Assembly: GCA_963777955.1 (NCBI GenBank)
Contig: CAVZSQ010000023.1
Span: forward strand, 1 to 64,000
Direction of reading: 5' to 3'
Origin: Calditrichia bacterium
GTDB taxonomy: Bacteria; Calditrichota; Calditrichia; JAJRVZ01
Length of the DNA: 64,000 nucleotides
Below are positions 19,638-30,769 of this stretch, in pieces; the stretch's first letter is position 1; every line of letters starts with the position of its first letter. The notes below the pieces were generated by a model that had not been told where the DNA came from, did not search any database, and worked only from the letters and a program-made list of their open reading frames with translations. The position numbers and the translations under genes are program-made.

Positions 19638-21882
19638 ATGCTGCATTTAAAATCAATAACCAGAAATGGCTGGCTGCTGCTGGCAGCGGCTGTTTTCATT
19701 CTCTGCACAGGCAACCTTAAACTTCCGGCCCAGGGCACTTCGGGCGAATTGAAATGGATCCGGGTAGGAACACTGCAAACCTATTTTTCCGAACAAAATT
19801 CCGAAGTGGAGAGCCGGAGGACTCGATGACCTGAATATACGCGTCTCCTGGCCGGCACAATATGGTTTGCGCCAGTCCACCATGCGCGGACGTACCTTGT
19901 GGCTGGGCTGCACGAATTTCTATGATTCCCAGGTCGATAGAACCTTCGCGGCTAAAATCGTCGGAGTCGGACCAAGATATGATGATAATCTGCGTAACGA
20001 AGTACTTGTTCCGCCGGTGGAATTCAAACTGGTGGGAAAATATGAGCATCCAGCTGTAATCGTCGATGGTGCCGATGGTACTATTAATACCCTCTATGAC
20101 GCAGTTGAGGAAATCGATGAAAACTTGGTGGCCGACCGCATGATGCTGATAAAAAACAATACCTCTATCGGTGTCACCATTACCAAGAAAGTGTATGCTT
20201 TCACCCAGCAAAATCACGATAATTACTTCATTTTTGATTATGTCCTTAAAAATACCGGCATTGTCAGTGCCGACGGAGACGTTTATCCGCAGAATTTAAC
20301 CGGTTTAATTTTTTATCTCGGTTATCGTTATGCATTCGCCGGCGAATCGGTTCTTGGTTATGAGCAAGGCTGGGGTATCTGGAATTCCGCCTGGGGCAGA
20401 AATACTGTCAACGATGTCATCGGTACCGATCCTACTGCGAATGATTTTCTGTACCGCGCTCATTTTGCCTGGTACGGCCCCCATTCTGAACGGCCGCTGC
20501 CTACGATTGAAGATGATTGGGGTTGTCCCAACGAACTGGATGACGGTATAATGGCTGCAGCCAAGTTCGGCGGTGCCATGGTCCTGCACGCCGATGAATC
20601 AGCCCAGGATCATAGTGATGATCTTTATCAACCCAGAACAACCCATTTCATCGATACGGATGGTGATCCGTGTTATCCCCCGTCACTGTATACATACAAC
20701 GAGCAATATATGCAGATACGTTATGCTACAATGACTTTGGGACATGCCGCCCAGACTCAGGCCCAGCAGATCGAAGCCAGCGGCCTTCCGGCCAATGAGT
20801 GGGGACCGGGCATCGGCGGATCGCAATCGACATTTGGATTCGGACCATATGAACTGGCCCCCGGTGACAGTCTGCATTTTGTCATAGCCCAGGGTTATTC
20901 CGGAATCAGCCGGGAGAAAAACCGCGAAGTGGGCGGCAACTGGCTGCAATGGCATAGAGGGACAGGTTCACCGACTCTGACTATGCCCGATGGCGCAACT
21001 TCAACCAATCATACCGAATACAAAAAAGCCTGGGTTCTGACTTGCAAAGATTCGCTGATGCAAACATTCGCCAATATGAAAGCCAATTTTGATTCCGGTT
21101 ATGATATTCCCCAGCCGCCCCCGCCTCCCAGTTCGTTTACTGTCACCTCGGGCGGAGACAAAATCCTGCTGACCTGGGCAAACAACGCCGCCTCTACCCC
21201 CCACTTCGGCGGATATGTGATTTACCGCTCCCGGGGTACCGTAATGTCTGAAAATACTGTCTATGAGAAGTTATATGAAACAAATGAAGATGTTACTTCA
21301 TTTGAAGATAAGACCGCTGTACGGGGATTTGATTACTACTACTATATACAATCCAAGGATGATGGCACACAAAATGATGTTCATCCAGGCACTCCGTTAT
21401 ACAGCGGTATGTTCTGGACCATTACCAGCCTGCCGGCCTCCCTGCAGCGCCCGGCCGGAAATTACCTGGAAGAAGTTCGGGTAGTTCCCAATCCCTACGA
21501 TATCCGTAACCGTAAGAACCAGTTTGGCGATGATTCCCAGTATGACCAGATTTCCTTTTACGGAATCCCGCCGGTATGCAAACTGAAAATCTTTACCGAA
21601 ACGGGCGTTCCGGTCTGGGAGAAAGATCACACCATCGGCACCGGCGATGAACGCTGGAATTCAATAACCACTTCCGGGCAGATAGTTGCCAGTGGAATCT
21701 ATATCCTGTATGTTGAGGTAACCGAAGATACTTATGCCAGTGAAGATCAGATAGCCAGGTATGATGTGTATGATTCCGACCTGAAGTTAATGTACCAGAC
21801 AGGCGATGTGATGTTCAGGCAGGGGGAGAAGATGTTCTCAAAAGGCGAATCCACTTACCGTAAATTCGTCATCATCAGGTAA
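19638..21882 (+). CDS. Secreted receptor-associated protein 2 with FN3 and 'VVPNPY' CTD (frameshift near 19815)
   Basis: Signal peptide in 19638-19829, remainder in 19867-21882; colinear with 10231-12489. Confidence 0.75.
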
Positions 21883-21893
21883 GGAGATGAAAA

Positions 21894-22905
21894 ATGAAAA
21901 AGAACACAACTAAATATACGATTATACTGTCTTCTGGCATGTTTATTGTGCACTAATGGACTTGCCCAGGAGAACCAGAAATTGGCCCAGAGCGGCTTTC
22001 AATTCCTCAGCGTGGTTTCGGATGCCCGGGCAGCCGGTATGGCTGAGGCTATGACCAGCCTGCAGTTCGGTTCCAGCGCGCTGTTCTTCAACCCGGCCGG
22101 TATGGCGGAAATGTCCACTTTTATCGATGCCACAGCCAGCATTAACCAGTGGATTGCCGATATCCAGCACAACACCTTTACCCTGGCCATCAATCCGGCC
22201 CAGGGCAATTACGGTGTGTTCGGCTTCAGTTTGCAGAGCGTGAATTATGGTGATTTTATTGCTACACTGGTAAACCGGGATCCCAACGATCTGAAGGGGT
22301 ACACGGATGTCGAGATATTTCAACTGAGCGCGTTGGCCATGGGTGTCGGTTATGCCAAGCAATTAAGCGACCAGTTCAGCGTCGGCGGGCAGGTACGCTG
22401 GGTTAACCAGGATCTGGGTAACAGCTGGATACCTCTTACTGACACTACCAGCAAAGAAATAGGTAACGAGTTATCGCCGCTGGTATTTGACTTTGGTACC
22501 CGGTTCAAGACCGGTATCAAGAGTCTGGTATTTGGTATGTCGGTGCGGAATTTTTCCAAAGAAATGAAGTATGTCGAAGAGGGTATTCAGGCACCTTTGA
22601 CTTTCACCCTTGGCTTATCGATGAATGTCCTTGATCTGGTCAAGGAGTTGCCCTTTGACCAGGAATTGTATCTGAGCGTCGATGCCAGTCATTACCGCGA
22701 TCATCCGGAACAAATTAAAGTGGGTATGGAATACCAGGTAATGAACATGCTGGCACTGCGCGGCGGGTATGTAAGCAACAATTACGAAAGCGGACTCTCG
22801 CTGGGTCTGGGAATTTCACAGTTCGGTTTTGCCTTTGACTATGCCTATACCCCCTTTGGCATTTTCGACAAGGTACATCGCATGACGGTCCGGTTTTCAA
22901 TGTAA
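21894..22905 (+). CDS. PorV/PorQ-family beta-barrel 2 (1-nt frameshift in the signal peptide)
   Basis: Same TAAGGAGATGAAAA-ATG junction as copy 1; highly similar protein. Confidence 0.85.
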
Positions 22906-22917
22906 ATAATGTTAAGT

Positions 22918-22970
22918 TGTGTTATTTCGCATCCCAATCCCCGGGATGCGAAATAACACATTATTTTTTT
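22918..22970 (+). terminator. Rho-independent terminator ending module 2
   Basis: 18-bp perfect stem TGTGTTATTTCGCATCCC / GGGATGCGAAATAACACA plus T run. Confidence 0.85.
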
Positions 22971-23144
22971 CTCATTAAATAATCCCTGCGGCTATTATTT
23001 ATAAACAATCCCGGTAAATATATTGATATAAAAAGTTGGTACTGTTGAAATAAGTTTGATATATTTTAATAAATTAATTCGATATTTGATAAACTCCAGA
23101 TGGTAATTAGTCACAATTAATCTTAAAACGAAAGGTTATTGAGA

Positions 23145-24288
23145 ATGAAACCATATCTGCAGCTCAGATCTATTTTCATAATAATATTTTTAGGTTTTAT
23201 TTGCAGTCTCCCGGCAGATTCAAAAAACGGCAAGGCCCAGGATGAACCGGTTTTAGCACCCGATGTAGCGTCTACACCTCCAACTATTAACGGCCTGACC
23301 GATGACACCTGCTGGCAAAATGTGCCCTGGCAAAGCATTGACCAGGTCTGGATCCCCTACGACGGCAGCGTCACCACGGATGACTACACCGGTCATTATA
23401 AAATAATCTGGTCCTCGACCACCAACCTGCTGTATTTGCTGATAGAAGTCACGGATGATGTATTCATGGACGGATATGTACCCGGACAAACCGTAGGTCC
23501 TTATAATTTTGATATTACCGAGGTTTTTATTGATGAAGATACCTCCGGCGGTGAGCATAGATATGAAAACCCGCCGTTAAATGCTGAGAATGCTTTCGCC
23601 TATCATATTTATGCCGATTTCCCGGCTGCAGGTGAAGTCACTACCAACAATATCGTTGATGATATGGACGGTCCCAACTTGGCCCGCGTTGACTACACGG
23701 CCCATCTTCCTGAATTTGCGCTGCGCCAGAGCGGAAACACAGCCGTCTGGGAGTTTTCGCTGATCGTGTATAACGATACCTATGAATCGAACAACCAGGA
23801 GCCAGCCAGGGTAATATTGCAGGCTGATAAAGTCATAGGCATGTCTGTGGCATATTGTGACAACGATAATCCCGATGAGAATCCGATTACCCGCGACAAT
23901 ATGTTCGGATCGGTTTGGGAAGCATCACCGGGTAATATGCATTGGATGAATGCCGACGGTTACGGCCGGATTAAACTGGTCGAGAGTATTCCGAGCTTAT
24001 ATTCCTGCCGGGTCGTCAAAGGTTTCCCCCGGTAGCATTAAACTCTACCCCAATCCGGCTTCGTCATCCATGCAACTACAAATAGTCAATCCATATCAGG
24101 GCAATGTTTCTATCCGGGTTTTCAATCTGCTGGGCCAGGAAGTGCTGCGTACCTCCGGCAGCAAATCAGATCAAACGTTTAATAAAACCCTTGCCCTGAA
24201 TCATCTGCCGGCAGGAATTTACTTTGTCCAGACCCAGATGGGACAACTTTTGTATCGTGATAAACTTATAATCACACCGCATAAATAA
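23145..24288 (+). CDS. CBM9-like sugar-binding protein with T9SS-type CTD (frameshift near 24000)
   Basis: 'PPTING..DD..W', 'W....LY....V.DD', 'D..EVFIDED.SGG.H', 'G..VAYCDND'; CTD 'LYPNPA..VFNLLGQ..GIYFV' in 23950-24288. Confidence 0.75.
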
Positions 24289-24323
24289 GGAAATCAAAAC
24301 AATCCGGAGATTGTCCAAAAGTA

Positions 24324-24466
24324 TTATTCCGAATCCCGATCCGGCTCGATAGACCTGCCGACAGGCAGGCGCCGGACGGGATTGGTAATGCCACTTTCTG
24401 TCATTTCGAGTGAGTCCCGATCGCTAGACCTGCCATCAGGCAGGTATCGGGACGAGCGAGAAATCT
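24324..24466. repeat. REP-like cluster with doubly nested palindromes
   Basis: CCCGATCCGGC[..AGACCTGCCGACAGGCAGG.]GCCGGACGGG and GTCATTTCGA..GTCCCGAT[..AGACCTGCCATCAGGCAGG]TATCGGGAC..GAGAAATCT. Confidence 0.8.
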
Positions 24467-24510
24467 TAACTACCTGTCCGATTACAGAACCATAAAATAG
24501 AACTCACCTG

Positions 24511-24539
24511 TTGAAAAAATGCAATTTATTGCATAAAAT
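24511..24539 (+). promoter_or_regulatory. sigma70-type promoter with an inverted repeat in the spacer
   Basis: TTGAAA-17 bp-TAAAAT; ATGCAAT-TT-ATTGCAT at 24519-24534. Confidence 0.55.
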
Positions 24540-24604
24540 CATTGCATATAACAGTCGTAAAATCCAATTCATAAAGTCCTGAAAAAAATGATTGAAGGTA
24601 CACT

Positions 24605-27451
24605 ATGAAAGTAAAGCAATGGTGGATTATGCTTATTTTCCCCTTTATTTCGTTAGGCCTGATAGACTCCTGTGCTTATAAAAAACAGAGCGACGGTGTT
24701 CTTCTGCAAATTGCCAAACAAAAAGAGACCGACGCCCGCCTGCTGAAAATCCAGGTATGCAGCGAGAATATCATCCGGATAATGGCAAGCGCAGAAAAAT
24801 CATTCTCAACCCGTCCCAGCCTGATGGTTGACAAAACCAATGGGATCCAGTACCCTGGTCGCTGAAAGAAGAGGTCGATTGGCTGGAGATATCCACTGCT
24901 AAAGTTAACTGTCCGCGTGCAGCGCAAAACCGGAGCAGTCAGTTTCTATCAATCCCAGGGACAACCACTTTTGCAGGAACCGGACGGCTGGCGGAAAATC
25001 TATCGCTGCGGCTGAAGTAATGGGCGAACAGACTTTTCAGATCAGGCAATTGTTTGATTCCCCTGCCAATGAAGCTTTCTACGGATTGGGAGCACATCAG
25101 AATGCTCTCATGAACTATAAAGGGCACGATGTGGATTTGTGGCAGTATAATATCATTGACGTGATCCCCTTCCTGGTTTCCAGCAGGAATTATGGCATCC
25201 TGTGGGATAACAATTCCCGTACGAAATTCGGCGATATCCGCGAGTACCAACCTTTGAGCACACTCAAACTCTATAATCTGGACGGTACAGAGGGCGGTCT
25301 CACGGCCGAGTATTTCAAAGACCGGGAATTTAAAACTCTGTTCACCAAACGTAATGAAGCGGAAATTGCCCATGAATATCTTGATGTTCATGACGAATAT
25401 CCCGAAGGATTTCAGCAAAACGTTTCCGCAGTGCGCTGGAGCGGAGAAATCGAATGCCGGGAAGCGGGTATACATAAATTCCGGCTCAACTCCTGCGGCT
25501 ATGTAAAAATGTGGCTGAACGGCGAACTGGTGGTCGCGGCCTGGCGCCAGAATTGGCTGCCCTGGACCTACCTGCCCACCCTGCAGATGGAGAGCGGAAA
25601 ACGTTATCAGATCAAGATCGAATGGATACATACCGGCGGCTATATCGGTCTTGAAATGCCTGCCCCCGGAAAAAGAAAATTACAGCGATAAATTTTCACT
25701 ATACTCCGAAGTCGCCGACCAGATTGATTATTATTTTATCGGTGGCGATAACCTCGATCAGGTCATTCAGGGTTATCGCCAGATTACCGGCAAGGCACCG
25801 CTGATGCCCAAATGGGCCATGGGTTTGTGGCAATGCCGCGAGCGCTACCGCAGCCAGGATGAATTGTTATCGGTCGTAAAAGAATTTCGCGAACGCCAGA
25901 TCCCCCTGGATAATATTGTGCAGGACTGGTTCTACTGGAAGGAAGACCAATGGGGCAGCCACGATTTCGATTCAACCCGTTTTCCCGATCCCGGCGGGAT
26001 GGTGCAAACATTGCATAATGACCTGCACACCCGCATCATGATTTCGGTCTGGCCAAAATTTTACGTGGGTACAAAACATTATGATGAGTTTAAGGCCAAG
26101 GGCTGGTTGTACATGCGCAATATTGAAAAACAACAGAAAGACTGGGTCGGACCTGGATATGTTTCAACATTTTATGATCCTTACAGCTACGGGGCACGTG
26201 ATTTGTTCTGGAAGCAGATCAACGAAAAACTGTTCAGCAAAGGATTTGATGCCTGGTGGCTGGACAGCACCGAACCGGATATCCAGTCCAATCTTTCCCT
26301 GCCGGAAACGATTTTGCGGCAGCATCCAACAGCACTGGGCAGCGCTGCCCGTTACCTGAATACTTATTCTTTGATGAATGCCAAAGGAATTTATGAAAAT
26401 CAGCGACAAGACCAAACCGGATCAACGCGTGTTCATCCTGACCCGCTCCGCCTTTGCCGGGCAGCAGCGCTACTCGGCTGCCACCTGGAGCGGCGATATC
26501 GCCTCGCGCTGGTACGATTTAAAGGCTCAGATCCCGGCAGGATTGAATTTCTGCCTGGCCGGAATTCCTTACTGGACCACTGATATCGGCGGTTTTTCCG
26601 TGGAATACCGCTATGAGCATCCAAATGAAGCAGATCTGGATGAATGGCGCGAATTGAAGACCCGCTGGTTCCAGTTTGGCACTTTCTGTCCCCTGATGCG
26701 GGTACACGGTCAGTTCCCCTACCGCGAAATGTTTAATATTGCACCGGATAATCATCCCGCCTATCAGACCATGCTGGCCTATGACAAATTACGTTACCGC
26801 CTGATGCCTTATATCTATTCGCTGACCGGCATGGTCACCCGGCAGGATTATACCATCATGCGCGCGCTGGTCATGGATTTCGGAAATGATCCGGCAGTAC
26901 TGAATATCGGCGATCAGTATATGTTTGGCCCTGCCCTGCTGATCAATCCGGTAACCGAATATAAAGCCCGCAGCCGTGCGGTCTATCTGCCTGCAGGCAC
27001 AGGATGGTACGATCTCCATTCCGGTAAGTATTTTCAGGGTGGCCAGACAATTCAGGCTGAAGCACCATATACCGATATACCCGTTTTTGTCAAAGCTGGA
27101 TCTATAATACCCTGCGGTCCGGACATTCAGTATACCTCGGAAAAGCCTGCTGATCCCATTCGCGTGTTTGTATATACCGGTGCTGACGGTTCATTTAATC
27201 TGTACGAAGATGAAGATGTTAATTACAATTATGAGCAGGGCAAGTTTTCGATCATACCTCTAATCTATAATCAACAAGATCAGACACTGACTATCGGCGA
27301 GCAGAAAGGCGACTTTCCGGGTATGCTCCAATCACGAACATTCGAGATCATCTGGATCAGCGAAAATAAACCAGACGGTCTGAATTTCCAGGTCAAACCC
27401 GATGCGGTTGTAACTTATGAAGGTTCAAGTCTATCGATTAAACTGAAATGA
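24605..27451 (+). CDS. GH31 alpha-xylosidase-like lipoprotein with PA14 domain before the catalytic barrel (about 4 frameshifts)
   Basis: 'FYGLG.HQ', 'YGILWDN.S', 'IPLDNIVQDWFYW', nucleophile motif 'WWLDSTEPD', 'WSGD', 'WTTDIGGF', 'YEDE..NYNYE.G'. Pieces 24605, 25020, 25651, 26378. Confidence 0.9.
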
Positions 27452-27469
27452 AGTGCTGGGAGGTTGCAA

Positions 27470-30400
27470 ATGAAATATTTCAGGAAACTAGTGATACTAG
27501 TTTCATTTTTTGCCGTTTCCTGGGTTATCTCATTATGGGCAGGAAATACCGGGAAGATTGCCGGGACGATAATCGATAAAGCCACAGGGGAAGCCTTTCA
27601 GGAGGTCAAAATCGCAATCGAGGGATTATCCATAAACACCCTTTCAGATGTAAAAGGTCAATATGTCATTTTGGCTGTTCCTCCAGGCAAATACGCTGTT
27701 AAATTCTCTTTCCCGGAGTACAAAGACATTATCATATATGATGTTCAGATCGACATAGATCAGACCAGCTGGGTATATGTTGCTATGGAATTACAGCTCT
27801 CAGCGAATGATACGCTGGACCTGGGCGCGGAAAATAAAATCATCCGGCCGGATGTTACTACTAGTTCAGTGACAATATCCAAGGAGCAGGTCCAGGAATT
27901 ACCCATCAACAATGTAGTGAGCGCCATTGGGTTGCAGGCTGGAATCCGCGGTGGTTGGAATTCTGCTCTGGCTAGTGGCAGATATGTAAACCAGGGCTTC
28001 GGCGATGCATATTCACAAGGAAAAATCAGCGTACAGGGAGACTTGACTATTCGCGCTGGCGACGGGGATAATATCCTTTTCCTGGTGGATGGTGTTACGA
28101 TGAGGGATCCCAGGAATAATGAAACCCTGACCAAAATACCGTTGAGTGCTGTGAAAGAAGTCTCCGTAGAAAAGAACGGCTTCAGTGCCGAATATGGACA
28201 GGTTCAATCCGGAATTGTTCACGTCATCAGCAAAGAAGGTAGTAAAAATATATATTCCGGAAATTTACAACTCCGCTATACGCCACCTGCCCCAAAGTAC
28301 TGGGACGGGGCGGGAATCCGGGATGTTCAGGATCCTTACTCATACCTGCTGCGTCCCTTTTTTGATCCTGCCGTGTGCTGGACCGGAACAGACAACGGAT
28401 CATGGGATTATTATACACAACGACAATATATTGAATTCGCAGGATGGAATGAATTTTCCAGGACATTAATTGCGGATGATGATCCGACCAACGATTTGAC
28501 TCCAGCAGGAGCACAACGGGTATTCATGTATGAAATCAGAAAAAAACGCCCCATGAATCAGTCCGATTATGATATCGATGCAGGATTTGGAGGACCTGTT
28601 CCACTAATCGGTCAGGCGTTGGGTAGCCTGCGTTTTTATACTTCACTACGTACTCATCGTGAGATGCTGTTATTCCCCCTAACCCGCCCGGATTACCGGG
28701 ACTATGACTGGACCCTGCTGCTGAATTCCGATCTTACGCCGGCGATTCAACTTCGTTTAGCTATCATGAATGGAAAACAGTATACTATCCGTAACAACGA
28801 TACGGAAACCGGTGTCTACTCATACCCGCATACTGCAGAGGAAATTGTTTACGCTACGGAAATTCAAAATAGATCTGTCGATCTATCTAAATTATTCTCG
28901 GATTTTTACTTCTGTTTGGCTGATATCGGGTACAACTCTATTTCGGCCAGGCTGACTCATTCTTTAAGTTCTAAAACTTTCTACGAAGTATCATTAGAAC
29001 ATTTCCGGCGGGAATACAATGTACGACCACCCGCCTTGCGGGACACCAGTCGGCAATATGAAATTATTCCAGGTTATTTTGAGGATAGCAATCCATTCGG
29101 CTACTGGCCGTATCAATCAAAAGGATTATATGTAACTGAGGGCAGATTTTCTTCCTTAGCCCGTGACTTTACTACCGTTAGTTCAACAACACTGAAAGCC
29201 GGTTTCAGTCATCAGCTAAACTTTCAGAATCTACTAAAAACTGGATTCGAATTTGTTTATCATGATCTGCATTTCGATTACGGAACAATTCATTCTGGCA
29301 GCGGAGGTCAGGCTTATAGCGCTAGAGTACAGATGAACGGTTTTCCTATCCGCGGAGCATTATATGCTCAGAACAAATTCGAAATTAGCAAACTGACTAT
29401 AAATGCCGGATTACGTCTGGATTACAGCAATTCCAATAAAGACTGGTGGGATGTAGATCCATTCGATGGAAATTTCTTTTCATTCCGTTATAATCGCCTG
29501 AATTTAACTTTTGACAAACAGGCATCAAAAGTGATATGGCAATTGAGTCCACGATTCAATCTAGCCTGGATGATTTTTGCTAATTCCAAGATTTTCTTTA
29601 ACTATGGATATTTCAGAGAATTATCTCAATATGAGACACTATTTAGAGTCGAACGCGTCGATGGCAGTACTATGAAAAGTTTTGGAGATCCCAGTATCGT
29701 TCCGGCAAAGACTGTTGCCTATGAGATTGGATTTGAACAAATTCTATTTGCAGATATTTTATTTAATGGCACAATATTCAGAAAAGATATTTCAAACCAG
29801 CAAGATATCACTAATTATTCTTCCATTGCTATACATTATGCCAAAACAACTGCTAATTATTTTGAAACTCAAAGCGGTTTTGAGTTGACACTACGTAAAA
29901 ATACTGGCAGATGGTTAACCGGTTTTATCAACTACACCTACCAGGAAAATAAAAAAGGATATAATGGTAGTTTAAATCTATATGAGGATCCAAATGACCA
30001 GAGATTTTGGGATATGTATTTACCCCATTATAATCATGATCACGCCAATCCCCAACCTTATGCCCGAGCCAGTATCAATTTACATACACCGGAAGAATTT
30101 GGTTCCGTAATAGCAGAACAAAAGCTGTTGGGCAGTCTATGTTTAAATATACTGGTGGACTGGCAGGCTGGCTACAGGTCTACCTATAATCCGAAAAATC
30201 TTCCCGATGTCCTATATAATGTTAAATCAGTGGATTTCTTCAACATAGCGCTACGATTACAAAAAATCTTTGATTTCGGAAAGTTCAGCCTACAATTCTT
30301 TGTGGACATGGACAATGTCCTGAATTCCCTCCGGCTATGGATACCCAGCGAGGAGGCTTATTACTCAGACAATTATTATTACATGGCGTCCCTCCATCTG

Positions 30401-30748
30401 CCTAAAAGCGAAGCGTATGATAACATTCCCGGTCATGACGAAGTCGGTGACTACCGCAAGCCGGGTGTCGAATATCAACCTATGGTATATTTTACCGAAC
30501 TCAATCGGAATACTGAGGGGCAAACCCGCCCGATCTATTATGACAGTAAAAATGGTCAGTACTGGCAGTACACCGATAATCCAAATATTCCTGTCTACCA
30601 GCGCTGGAACAGGGTTGAGCAATCCAGAATTGACGATATCAATAAAGATAAGGCATATATTGACATGCCGAACGCTTCCACTTTCTGGTTTTTAAATCCA
30701 CGGACCATTTTCTTTGGACTTAATGTATCTTTTCATTTCAATGATTGA
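27470..30748 (+). CDS. TonB-dependent receptor 3 (paralogue of receptor 1, intact)
   Basis: Same domain order and motifs as 6954-10211. Confidence 0.92.
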   Translation: MKYFRKLVILVSFFAVSWVISLWAGNTGKIAGTIIDKATGEAFQEVKIAIEGLSINTLSDVKGQYVILAVPPGKYAVKFSFPEYKDIIIYDVQIDIDQTSWVYVAMELQLSANDTLDLGAENKIIRPDVTTSSVTISKEQVQELPINNVVSAIGLQAGIRGGWNSALASGRYVNQGFGDAYSQGKISVQGDLTIRAGDGDNILFLVDGVTMRDPRNNETLTKIPLSAVKEVSVEKNGFSAEYGQVQSGIVHVISKEGSKNIYSGNLQLRYTPPAPKYWDGAGIRDVQDPYSYLLRPFFDPAVCWTGTDNGSWDYYTQRQYIEFAGWNEFSRTLIADDDPTNDLTPAGAQRVFMYEIRKKRPMNQSDYDIDAGFGGPVPLIGQALGSLRFYTSLRTHREMLLFPLTRPDYRDYDWTLLLNSDLTPAIQLRLAIMNGKQYTIRNNDTETGVYSYPHTAEEIVYATEIQNRSVDLSKLFSDFYFCLADIGYNSISARLTHSLSSKTFYEVSLEHFRREYNVRPPALRDTSRQYEIIPGYFEDSNPFGYWPYQSKGLYVTEGRFSSLARDFTTVSSTTLKAGFSHQLNFQNLLKTGFEFVYHDLHFDYGTIHSGSGGQAYSARVQMNGFPIRGALYAQNKFEISKLTINAGLRLDYSNSNKDWWDVDPFDGNFFSFRYNRLNLTFDKQASKVIWQLSPRFNLAWMIFANSKIFFNYGYFRELSQYETLFRVERVDGSTMKSFGDPSIVPAKTVAYEIGFEQILFADILFNGTIFRKDISNQQDITNYSSIAIHYAKTTANYFETQSGFELTLRKNTGRWLTGFINYTYQENKKGYNGSLNLYEDPNDQRFWDMYLPHYNHDHANPQPYARASINLHTPEEFGSVIAEQKLLGSLCLNILVDWQAGYRSTYNPKNLPDVLYNVKSVDFFNIALRLQKIFDFGKFSLQFFVDMDNVLNSLRLWIPSEEAYYSDNYYYMASLHLPKSEAYDNIPGHDEVGDYRKPGVEYQPMVYFTELNRNTEGQTRPIYYDSKNGQYWQYTDNPNIPVYQRWNRVEQSRIDDINKDKAYIDMPNASTFWFLNPRTIFFGLNVSFHFND

Positions 30749-30769
30749 ATAAACTTAAGGAATATCACT

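Noticed and set aside
22980..23110. TTGATA direct repeats as a regulatory array (also 2810-2865)
   Set aside because: Irregular spacing in very AT-rich DNA; cannot be told apart from chance.
24324..24466. CRISPR array (two 19-bp direct repeats 75 bp apart)
   Set aside because: Only two copies, too short, the 'spacer' is itself repeat sequence, there are no cas genes, and a lone third copy lies 31 kb away.
6954..30748. Diversity-generating retroelement or invertible shufflon acting on the paralogous receptors
   Set aside because: No reverse transcriptase or recombinase gene, no adenine-specific template/variable repeat pair, and all copies are in direct orientation with ordinary synonymous divergence.
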